Source of the DNA: Lama guanicoe
Taxonomy: Eukaryota
Length of the DNA stretch: 64,000 nt
Direction of reading: 5' to 3'
Assembly: GCA_013239625.1 (NCBI GenBank)
Contig: MU053758.1
Span: forward strand, 1,612,001-1,676,000
In this document: piece after piece, positions 13,201 to 25,200 of the stretch
Layout of the letters: each line of letters opens with the position of its first letter
Numbering within the stretch: the first letter of the stretch is position 1
Translations under genes and position numbers: made by a program
Notes under the pieces: model-generated
The model's input: only the letters and a program-made list of their open reading frames with translations
The model's database searches: none
Told to the model about the DNA's origin: nothing

Positions 13201-16200
13201 CGCTGGGGTGGGGGTAGGTGTGCACATTAGCTGGGCCTCAGCCAGGGAGAAGAGGGACCAGGGTGGGGCGTGTCGTGTGTGTTGGGTGTGTGATTTTGTC
13301 TTAGACATCAGCTGTGATATTTGTCATGGGGAGTCCTGGAAATTAAGCATTGCTTGCTGGGTGAATTTAACTCCTGCTGAGCCTGAGCATTAAGCTGTGG
13401 ACCCATTGCAATGAGTGTATTTACTGTTGAGTTGTGTGTCTTTGTTGAGGGTATCATGTTGCTTTTTGGACATGAGTTACTCTGAGCAGTTCCTATCAAG
13501 GGGAGTTATCCTTGACTCTGTGCAGGATGGTAGCGCCCTCTGGTGGACAGAAGGGACAATGACCCGGCCGTTCCTTATTCATCCTTGTCTTCAACAACCG
13601 TTTATTTAGACGAGGGTTTCTCAACCTTGACACCTAGGGCAGAATAATTCTTTGTTGCAGAAGGTTGTCCTGTGCACTGGAGGAAGTTTAGCAACATTCC
13701 TGGACTCTACCCACTACAGGCCAGTCGCACCCCCAAGTTGGGAAAATCAGTATGGTTCCAGACACAGCCAGACGTCCCTGAGGGGCAGAGTCGCCCTGGT
13801 TGAGAACTACTGATTTAGACCATTTAAGTGCCAGGCTAATAATACGGCTGGCTAGGTCATAGGATCACAGTGGGAAGTAAGACAGGATCCCTGCCCCTCA
13901 TGTGGCTGGCTTACAATTCCTTCAAAGAAATAGGTAGGAATAGGGAAACTGATGCCTACAGTAATGATAAATTGATTCAAGGCTGTAATACAAATGACAG
14001 GCTATGGTGATGGTGGCTGCGTTCACTGGGACAATCAGGGAAGGCCTCTCTGAAGATGTTTAGATGGGGTGAGGAGCTAGTCATGTGACGGTCAGGAGGA
14101 GGCGAATTTTAGTGGAGGACACTGGCAAGTGCAAAGGGCCTGACACAGGGAGGCACCAGGCATGGGCTCATTCTGTTCATGGATCAGGAGAGGGGTTGGA
14201 AGATGACTCCCCTAAAGGGGACGCCCAGTGGAAGGCCAGTGGGCAGGCTTGTTTCGGGTGGGTTTTGCCCACTTCTGTCCCCCATGGTGCCTGCACCAGG
14301 GGAGGTACCTGCTCCTTTCTACAGATGGGCAAATGTTGGAGCTCACTGGGCTGGCTGGAGCAGGGAGGGGCTGGGGCCAGGTGGTAGAGGAGCTAGGATC
14401 TAGCTGGGGACTCTTCTACTGTCCCCTGATGTGTGTTCTGAGTCCAGAGATCCCTGATCAGGGCAGAGCTTGGGATGAGCGGGTCCCAGGGAGGGCCCAG
14501 GCTGCACTGGATTGGGCTCTATGTGTGGACCAGCATGGCAGCGTGGGCACCTGGGCGGGTCTGAACCTGGGGCATGGGGGGGTTGGCACATGGGCAGGGC
14601 CTTCCTGTGGCCTGACGTCTTTGCCCCTCCCCAGCGCTGGCAGGACCTCAATGTGATCAGCAGCCTGCTTAAGTCCTTCTTCCGAAAGCTACCTGAGCCT
14701 CTTTTCACCGATGGTGAGTAGGGAGTGTGAGTGGAGGATGGGAGGAGGAGGGAATACCTGTCCATATGGCATCCTGCCCACTTTTTAAATTCGGTGTGTT
14801 GGTTTTTCTTTTTGAGTTTTTGTTTTAATATGAAAGGAATGTGTGCTTGTAAAAAACTTAGGTGGTACAGATAGATAATACATAAACAAAGGTCCCTGTC
14901 ATTCTTCCGTCCCCCGTCCCCAGAGGTTATCCTAACGCTTTCTGAGCATTTGCTAAGTGCCAAGCACTACTCTTACAACTCCATGAGGTGGGTACTGTTA
15001 TCTCCCCTCTACAGACGAGGACACTGAGGCACAGAGAGATTAAATAACTTGTCCAAGGCCACAGAGATTGTGTCAGAGCCAGGGTTTGGCCCCAGGCATC
15101 TGGCTCCTGAGCCCAGATCTTGACCGTTTGCCGAGCTGCTTATTAACAGTGCGTTGTGTTTCCTTCCAGACCCTCTTTCTTACACACATGACAGACACAC
15201 ACGCATTCATAGGACTTGAAGCTGGGTGAGTTCAGTGGTGTGCTGTTAAATGGTTCACATCCGGCTCTCAAGGGAAAAAAGGCTGTGATGTGTAGCATTT
15301 TCCAGTTTCCCTGGCATAAATGCTCCCACCACAGACTTATTTCAAGCCCCTGGTTTGCTGTCACCAACACGAGTTGGGAAGAGATGATCACAACCGGTTG
15401 TCAGGAGCCTGTGTGAGCCCTCTCCAGCACACCGCCAGCCGAGTTGTTCTTAACCGAAGGAGGCTTGTAATTTTGACATTCATTCATGTCAGTACAATGA
15501 GCTCTACCTCATTCTTCTTTTAAATCAACTGCATAGTATTTCCTAGTCTGAATAGACTATCATTTGTCTAATCACTCCCGTACTGATGGATATTTAGGTT
15601 GTCTTCAAATTTTTGCTCTTCTGCAATATGTTACAAAGACTCTCCTTGAATATGTCGCTGCACACCTGGACCAGGGTCCTCAAGGTAGATTCCCAGACAT
15701 GGAATTGCTGGAGGATAGTTTTGAAAGCTAAAGTCAAATTGTACCCTGGGGAAGTGGCCCTAGTTCACGCTGCCATGAGCAGTGTAAGAGACTTTGTTTC
15801 CCCGCATCCCCATCTGCACTGGATGTTATTAATATTTTAAATTTTGCTGATTGGATTGGGGAAATGGCATCGTTATTTTTTCATTTTCATTTCTGTCATT
15901 ACTAGGGAGATGAACTGTCTTTTCATTAGTTTATTGGCCTTTACTATTTCCCCTGTAACTGCCCGTTCAGCCTTTGTGCCCATCTGGCTGTTGAGTTCTT
16001 GGTCTTTTCTCGTATTGATTTGTAGGAGACAAACTCTTTGTATATTATGGATATTAACCCTTTATTGGTTTTTGCCAGTATCTGCCCTTGGTCTGCCATT
16101 TGTCGTTTAACTTTTCAGGGTAGAAGTTGAAAATCATTTTACATGTAGTCAAGCTGTTCGCCTTTAAGGGATTCTGTAGCTCATGTTTAGGAATGCCTTA

Positions 16201-19200
16201 AAAAGTATTTGCTTCTTTTGCTTGATGTTTTAACAACTTTTGTTTTTGGCTCTGTAATGCGATTAAATTTGTGTATTATGTGAGCTAGAAATGGATTTAG
16301 TTTCCCAACAAGATAGCTAATTGTCCCAGGGACATTATCAACGCCTCCCTCCTCCCTCTTTCCCCGTGATCGGAAGTGCTGCCTTTATCACATAGTCACA
16401 ATCACATGGCCTGTTTCCCTCCTTTCTGTCCTTGTCCTTCACCAGCTTTCCTGTCACTTCCACGCTGCCTCAGCTGTACTATCTTTTTAGTACATTGCAG
16501 TATCTAAGAGCACAAGTCCTCCCTCGTCACTCTTCCTTTAAAAAATATTCTTGGCTATCCCTGAGCATTCGCTCGTCACACGTCCCATTTTTTAAAAAAT
16601 CCCCATAGTGGGAGGGTATAGCTCAGTGGTAAAGTGCATGCTAGCATGCACAAGGTCCTGGGTTCAATCCCCAGTCCTTCCCTTTACAAAATAAATAAAT
16701 AAACAAACAAACCTAATTACCTCCATAAATAAAGAAACAAGTAAACCTAATTACCTCCCCACCCAAAATAAAATCTCCATGACTTCTTCTGAAAGGAATT
16801 GGGGGAATCCAGACACAGGTGGGGAGGGGTATCTGGAGGCTGAACGGCCCCTCCTTCTTTCTAGGTGACCTTCACTTCTGACCTGGGGATGCCCTTGCCC
16901 TGGAGGCTGAGGCAGGGACCCCTTTCCAGGATCAACATGTGGCTCAGGTCTTATTTCTTCCCAAATGGACGCACCTGGGCTACCCCAGGTCAGATGTACA
17001 CGCGAGGACAGCTATGGTGGGTTTGGTCACATGAACACAAGGCCAGGGAGCCCCACAAAACCAGAGGGGCATGCGTGCAAAACACTGACCTCCTGGCAGG
17101 GCCTCTTCAGCCGGCAGGGCCTTCAGCCAGGAAGCTGTCTGCCTCTCTAAAGAGTCCTCACTGTGTTCTAGACAAATACAATGACTTCATCGAGGCCAAT
17201 CGCATTGAAGACGCGAGGGAGCGGATGAAGACACTGCGGAAACTGGTAAGGGCAGAGACATTGTTAGGTAGACTTGACCAGGCGAGCACCATTGCCCCAG
17301 GAGCGCTGGTCAGGTGCCACCAGTTCCCCCTGTGACCTTGGAAAGCCCTTCTCCACCCAGGGCCTCAATTTCTCCATCTATACAAAAGGGGCATTCAGAA
17401 GGTGGATTCCAGACCCCAAAATATGGCAGTGGAGCCCCTTTGGGGTGTGATGGGGAGGTGGAAGCTATCACAGTCTGGTCCCATGCCCCTTCTTTCTCCC
17501 GCCAGATCCGGGATCTCCCAGGACACTACTATGAAACACTGAAGTTCCTTGTGGGCCATCTGAAGACCATTGCTGACCACTCAGAGAAAAACAAGGTGGG
17601 TGGGAGCTCCGGTGTGAAGTATGGGGAAGGGAAGCAATACTGGGGTCTCCTCAGCATATTCTAAGCTCCTCCAGGTCAGATAATCTGGCCATACCCTCCT
17701 CCTTAAAGATCATTCGGTCCCTACCACCTCCCTACATCCTGACCAGTGCTTTTCTCTGGAGAGCCATCTCCTGAATTTCTGAGGGTCTTCCAGAGGCAGA
17801 GAGCCTGTGTCTGATGGAAATCCATCCTCTGATCTAACTTGGACCCCTTGTGTTGCATTTTCCTAGGCAAACCTCTTATATCTTCTAATACTGCAGAGGA
17901 GGGAAGGAGGGGAGCTGTAGAATTTCTCCCAGTCCTAAAACACCCTTGGAACTTCCAATGGGTCCTCATCTAGGATCTCCCACTGTTAGCACAGGATGGG
18001 TGCGCAGATTGGGAACTGCCCATGACTGCCGGGTCTGGGAGTGAGTGGGGCTGAAATCTGGCCTGTTCTCTACTTACCAGGCATCTCTATGCCCTGCAAG
18101 GAAACATCTGGCCCTTCAGCTAGGGACAGCTCAGGATGTGGTGGGGCTGGGGGCCTGAGGGGCCCAGAGTGAGGGAAGCCCAGGGAGCCTGAGGAGTGGA
18201 GGCCAGAGCCCACCGAGTGTCGATGTTGACTCACCTCCCTCCCCTGCCCAGATGGAGCCCCGGAACCTGGCCCTGGTCTTCGGGCCAACGCTGGTGAGGA
18301 CATCCGAGGACAACATGGCAGACATGGTGACCCACATGCCTGACCGCTACAAGATTGTGGAGACGCTGATCCAGCACGTAAGCAGCCACCCTGGCCCGGG
18401 CCATGTGCCCCTGGGCACCTGGCTCCTGCTTGCCTGGGTGATGTGCTCAGGGAAGGATGAGGCTACTGGGATGGTGGATGCCCTTCAGAAGCAGTAAGCT
18501 AGGAATGGATCCTGAATCTGTGTCTTTCTGGGATGTTGTATCCCCAGCAGGAGAATCAGGAGGGCCCTGAGCTTCCAAGATGCATGAGAGTCAGAGGGAG
18601 GAGGAAGGTCAGGGACAGGTGCTGCTGAGTTAGACAGCAGAAGTGGCGAATGCAGGGGCACCTTCAGAAAGTGGCCCCCAGGAGAGTGTCCTGGCAGAAA
18701 CGGGCAGAGGTGGGAGCAGAGCTCTGCCCTGCAGGCCCACTGAGACATCAGGGAGAAAACGATGATGCTCGGGGTAGGGGGAGGTGGGTGGGTCAGGATC
18801 CTGCACTCATGCTCAGTGTGTCTTGGTCACCTTCCTTCTCATGTGTTTCTAAGTATTCGTATTATTGTCCATCATGTGGTGAGAACCAAGAGCAGCCAGC
18901 AGAGGGCGCAGGAGGCTTTGGTTTTTCCAGAGCCAAAGCCGGGGAAGCACCGCCCCCTTCTGGGGTGCTCAGGGATGTTTTTATGAATCATAGATTTTCC
19001 ATTTCCAAGTCTTGGTGTGGCCAGTGGTCCAGCCCACAAAGAATGAAACCAGAACCCTCCTGCCAGGAGAAATAAGATTGGCAGCTGGTCAATGGAAGGG
19101 AAACCTTAACCTTCCCCACCTCACAGACACTTTAGGGAAGGGAAACCAGGTCATGTTACTCCCATTATACAGATCAGGAAATGGCTCAGAGAGCCAAAAT

Positions 19201-22200
19201 GATTTGCTCAAGGTCACACAGCTAATAAGTAGCAACCCCAGGATTTTAAGCCAGATCTGTCTGACCAAAGCTTTACTCCCCAACTGACTGGGAGGGCCGG
19301 CTCCGGGGTCCATCCTAGAGCCAGAGTGAGGGAGGTTGGTCAGAGTTAGCCAGGCAAGGCCATGGGTAGACTTTGGTCACGCTGACTGGCTTTGCTGGCT
19401 TGTTTCCTTCCTTCACCACATGGTCAGGGCTCTGAGCCATAAGTGGGTATGTCAAAGCCTGTTCTCATTCTAACATTGGGACCACCGTCCCAGAGGCCCA
19501 CTCCAGAGCTGTCAGGGAGGCCAGGGCTGCTGGGCAGTGTCAGGGATCCTGGTCTGGGGAAACTTATCTTCCTTGGGAAAGTTCAGTTCCCCAAACAGGG
19601 AGCCCCTGGAGCCCCCATGAGTGTATGTTTGGGGGGGCAGTGGGGAAGAGAGGGAGACTTCCCCCAGCTCCTAGGGAAACCCCAGGCAGCCCGAGGCCTG
19701 TGGTCAGCTGGGGTGTCAGGAACAGCAGCCTTCAGGGAGAAGGGAGGCCCAAAGGGTGTCCACTTACCCTCCCCTAGGACACTGGGGGTGTCCCCAGCCA
19801 GCGACAGCCCCTTCTCTGGGCTAGGTGGGGGAGGTGGAGCACATCTGTCTCCTTCACAGGTGTATCCTCAGCACCGAGCAAACACTCAGTGTTTGTTGAA
19901 TGAATCAATGATGGCTATTGAGGTTATGCCAGTCTGGGCTTTCCCACTGAGGGATTCACTCCTGGGAACTAGCTGAGCTGGCGACTCAGCATCCTGTCCT
20001 CTGCCTCCTTGGCATTAGAATGTAATCAGCCCTGAATGAGTGTTGAGGGAATGAACTGCCCCCTCTGCAGGCCCCCGTGAGCCCGCCCACCTGAGTTGGC
20101 CAGCGTCTGTCTAGCCCAGAGGCTCTACAGCCAGGGGTTGGTGAGGTCAGGAGCCCAGGCAGGATGGGACTTGCGGCAGAGGCTGCTCTGGCTCTGGCTC
20201 TGAGCCCTTGGTTGAAGTTCATAGGTGACATGACCTCCTGCTGGGAGTTTCAGCTGCAACCATCACCTGGCTTCCCTACCTGAGGCTCCTATCTTCTGTG
20301 GAACTCTTGGACAGCAGAGCCGGAAGGGGTCTTAAGACATCAGACTCGACTTTGCATCGTACAGAGGGTGGGAACTGAGGCTTGAAGACAAATGGTGACT
20401 TGCCGAGGGTCACACAGTGAGATCATGACAGAGTGGGGATGAGTAAACCCAGGTGTTCAGCCCCTAGCAGCAAGCCGCCAACCAGCATTCCCCCGTTTGC
20501 TGAGTCAGTTGGAACTCAAACAAAGACCTTGTCAAAACATTTGTTCATTTATTCACTCAACAAATGTGGTGATTCCTACTATGCGTACACTGGGATTTCT
20601 CAACCAGGCACTAGTGAACTTTGGGGCCAGATCATTCTTCTTTGTTGGGGGAGCTGTCCTACATATGGTAGTGTGTTCAGCTAGTGGCATCTCTTGGCCA
20701 GATGCCAGGAGCATCCCTCCACTTGTGACAATTGAAAATGTCTCCAGACATTGCCAGATGCCCCCTTGGGGGGCAAAATAGGGCCAGTTGAGGGCCACTG
20801 GTGTAGAGGTTGAGGGTACTGCCTCTGGAGCCCACCTGCCTGAGGTTAAACCCTGGTTCTGCTCCTTCTATGCTGTGTGGCCTTGGGCAAGTTACTTACC
20901 CTCTTTGTGCCTCCGTTTCCTCACCTGTAAAGTGAAGATAATAATAATACTTATTGCACAATGTCATTGTGAGAGTTACATGAATTATCTGTAAAGCACT
21001 GAAAATTGTGCCTGCCAGTGGGGGAGGGTATAGCTCAGTGGTAGAGCGCATGCTTAGCATGAACATGGTCCTGGGTTCAATCCCCAGGACCTCCATTAAC
21101 ATAAATAAATAAATAAACCTAATTACCTCCCCACCTCAAAAATAAAAAAATTGTTTTTAAATATAAGCCATTAAAAAAAATGGTGCCTGGTGGGTAGTAA
21201 TTGTTATGAGTTAGCATCATTATTCCACGCCAGATACAAATGCAGGTGCCCAGCCCTGGGTGTGGGGCTGGGATCGTAATCAGGGGGTTCTTGAAAGATA
21301 CATGGATTTTAGCCAGGCAGAGAAGAGAGATAGCATTCCAGGCAGAGGGAACAGCATGTGCAAAAGCAGGGTGGCATGAGTTAGCATGACCACCTGGAAG
21401 TTTCCTGTAGACTTCTGGGTTCCCAGAGCACTTTTAGATACCCTTAGAGGCTGGCTTCCTAGGGCTCCCTCTGGTCAGCCTGTCTCCAGGGACTGCACCT
21501 TTTAATAATAATAGCTAACAGTTATTGCACACTAATGTGTTGTACTAAATGTTTTACATACATACGGTTATTTCTTTTTTTGTTTGTTTTTTAAAATTGA
21601 GATGTAATTGACACATTATATTAGTTTCAGGTGTAAATAATGATTCAATATTTGTATGGATTGTGAAGTGATCAGCACAATAAGTCTAGTTAACATCCAT
21701 CACCATACATAATTGCAAATTTTTTCTTGTGATGAGAACTTTTAAAATCTACTCTCTTAGCAACTTTTATATATACAATACAGTATTACTAGCTTTAGTC
21801 ACCATGCTGTACATTACATCTCCATGACTTACTTCTTTTATAATTGGAAGTTTGACTCCCTTCACCCTTTTCAACTACCCTCCACCCCCTTACCTCTGGC
21901 AACCACTAGTCTATTGTCTGTATCTATGAACTTGGATTATTTGTTTTTTTAAATTCCACACGAGAGACCATACGTATTTGTCTTTCTTTGTGTGACATTT
22001 CACTTAGCATAATGCCCGCAAGGTCCATCCATGTTGTTGCTAATGGCAAAATTTCCTGCTTTTTTATTTTTGATTAATATTCTACTGTGTGTGTGTATAT
22101 ATATTTACACATATATATCACACTTTATCCATTCATCTATTGATGGACACTTAGATTGCTTCTATGTCTTGGTGATTATAAATATTTCTACAGTGAACAT

Positions 22201-25200
22201 GGGAGCGCATATATATTTTCAAGTTATTTTTTTTGTTTCCTTGAGATAAATACCCAAAAGTGGATTTGCTGGGTTATATGGAAGTTCTATTTTTAATTTT
22301 TTGAGGAGCCTCCATACTGTTCTCCACAGTGGCTTCCTATCAACAGTGCACAAGGGGTCCCTTTCTCCACATCTTCATCAACACTTGTTATTTCTTGCCT
22401 TTTAGATAACAGCCATACAGTATTTTAGTTTAATCCTCATCACAGTTCTAGAGGTAGATTCTCATATAGTATGCCCATTTGAAAGATAAATAAATAGACT
22501 CAGGTAATTAACCTGAGGTGAACTTGAGCTTGAACTTGAACTTGAGATGACTAACTCTGTGTCTTAAGTTTCTTTCTTATCCTCTCTCACCCTTTTCTCT
22601 TCTGTCTCGTTGTTTCTCTTCGGTGCTGCTTATTTGAGTTAATCGTATGCCTGATTATGATGAATAATAACTGAGGTTCATGGCACATGGCCATAATCAA
22701 CCTTGCAAATATCCTTGTTTTCCCCTTCATCCCTGACCCCACTCTGCCTGCTTCCCAAAATGACACATGTGTCTTTTCAATCCACCTTTTATAGGCTAAT
22801 TTTAAGTATAAGGATAGCCTTAAATATGTGTAATATTCTGCGTTTTTAAACTTTCAATTAGTGAGCTTAGCTCATTTACTTTTATGTAATTTCTGTACCA
22901 TTAAGACTGTTTACCACATTTTCATTTAATTTCCCTTTTTTGGTCTTTCCTACCTTGCTTTGGATGGATCGATTTTATTTTCTTGGTGTAAAACTTGCAC
23001 AACTGATCAAACTCATAGTTATGTTTAATTATACAATTATAAAAGCTTGTATTTATGTTTAATTTTTACAATCAATTTCTGAACCTTCTCAGTGTCCTCA
23101 TCTTCCTTCTGCCACATCTAAAAGCCATGTACCTTAATGTACTTTCACCTGTCACTGGTATTTCCTCTGCATTTGAATTCCAGGTTGTCATGGATATACT
23201 TTGTGTTTCTATACGTATGTGTGTGTGTGTGTGTGTATCACTGCTTAGTTTGATAACAGTGGACTTTTCCATCCTTACTTCTTAGGGCTTGTTGTTCTGT
23301 CTGGGATTCATTTTCTTTTTCACAGATTTTTTTCTGGGGTAATTAAGTTTATTTTTATTTATTTATTTTTAAATGGAGGTACTGGGGATTGAACCCAGGA
23401 CCTTGTGCACGGGAAACACGTGCTCTACCACTAACCCTTCCCCCCACCCCGGATTCATTTCTGTCCGTGTTTATGGACTCAGTTAAGAGAGTCTTTATGT
23501 AGCAGACTTTCTGGTGTCTTGAAATAGTTTTATTTCACACTCAAATTTAACTCAGAGTTTAGCAGAGTATAACATTCTAGGTTCAAAATCCCTGCATTTG
23601 TAGTCCAGAAACACATCGCAAATGTTACTTCCATGTCTTCTTGTGTCTGTTGCTGCTAAAAGTTCTGTTAAAGCTGATCCTTGTTCACTTCTAAGCAATC
23701 TGGTTTTGTTTTTCAGAACACTTTTAGAGTTTTATCTTCAAGATTCTCAAATTTCACAAAATACATCTGAGTGGGATCTTTATTTTCTATTCTCTTTGGC
23801 ATTTATGAGAAAACCCTTGCCTGCCAGTCCCTCAGGGGACCCCCAACACCTCCCTCTAGGCACTTCCCTTTTCTGGGAGTGGGGTGCCACCCCTGTTGTC
23901 AGTGTGGCTCCCAGGCTGGGGTGGGAGTACCCACAGCTACAGCCACAGCCACAGGGGTGGCCTTCTCCCTGCAGTGGACCCAGCCGGCACTAGATGGCGC
24001 TGCTGCCCCCGCTTCTGGTTTGCAGTTAGGAGCAAGCCAGTGATGTGCAGGGGACTGTGTTTAGTGAAAAACAGGCAAAGAGAAACTCTCCCTGGGTGGG
24101 TCATCTGTCTGTACTCGGCCTGCTCCCACTCCGGGCTGTGTTTCCTTCCCACACTGAGATCCAGACTTTTCTCTCCGCAACGGTTTCTCATAGTCTGTGG
24201 AGTCGGGTTCCAGGATCCATCAACCCCGCTCTGAGACCTTTCTAGTAACCAGGCGAGCCTGCGGTTTGTTGAGGAGGGGACACCCTCACCCTTTGGCTCC
24301 CCCGACCCCACCGCCCCTGCTCTGCTCCATCAGGCGTCTGAGTGGGTCCTCTGAACTGAGCAGGTTGGGAGTCCGTGTCTCCCTGTCTTCCCTCAGCTCC
24401 TTCCCACGCTGATTCCATCACTTCCTTTTGTCTCTTCTGCAGTCAGACTGGTTCTTCAGTGACAGCGAGGACAAGGGAGAGAGAGTGAGTGATGCAGAGG
24501 GCCCGTGGGGTGGGGTCTGGTCTGATGTGGGCCCTCGTCCCAGGTGGGCGGGGTGGGTGGCAAGCCTCAAGCAGAGCAAGGTCCCTGTCCTTGGGGCATC
24601 CCCAGTCTGATGGTGGAAACAGAGTCCCTCTCCTCAGGAGCCTCCAATCTGATGGGAAACAGTCCTCGCCTTCATGAGCCCCCAGTCTAAGGGGGCGACA
24701 GAGGCCTTGCCCTAAGGAAATTGAGTCCAGTAGCAAAGGCAGACCCCGCCCTCCAGTCTTATGTGGAGGATAGAGATCTTAGGAAGGCCCAGTCTGATGG
24801 GGAGACACAGCTCCTGCCCTCAGCTGAAGGAGCAGCTTGGGCCTTTGGGGTTCAACCAAGATGTTGGGGAAGGCACAAAACAGTGTAAGGGGGACACGTA
24901 GGACCTGCCTTCAAGAGTGCGTGACTAATGAGGGAGACATCCCCTGCCCTGGTGAGCCCCCATCTGATGGAGGAGACATGTGCACTGTCTTCAGAGTTCC
25001 CCATTAAGGCTGTGCTGGCTGACCCTCCTCCTGTTTGCAGACCCCTGTGGATGACAAGGAGCCGCAGTCAGTGCCAAACATCGAGTACCTCCTGCCTAAC
25101 ATCGGCAGGACAGTGCCCCCTGGTGACCCAGGTTCAGGTGAGTGTGGAGGGTGGGGGCTGGGAAGGGGTGGAGGGGGGTGGGGTCTGCATTCCTGAGGGC

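Noticed and set aside
21020..21095. tRNA-Ala-like sequences (here and at the other SINE heads)
   Set aside because: Carry A-rich tails, TSDs and substitutions; they are SINEs, not tRNA genes
22515..22546. Tiny tandem duplications (tgaact x4 here; cccttagaa x2 at 40541; tatgaaatcatg x2 at 37721)
   Set aside because: Ordinary slippage products with no sign of function
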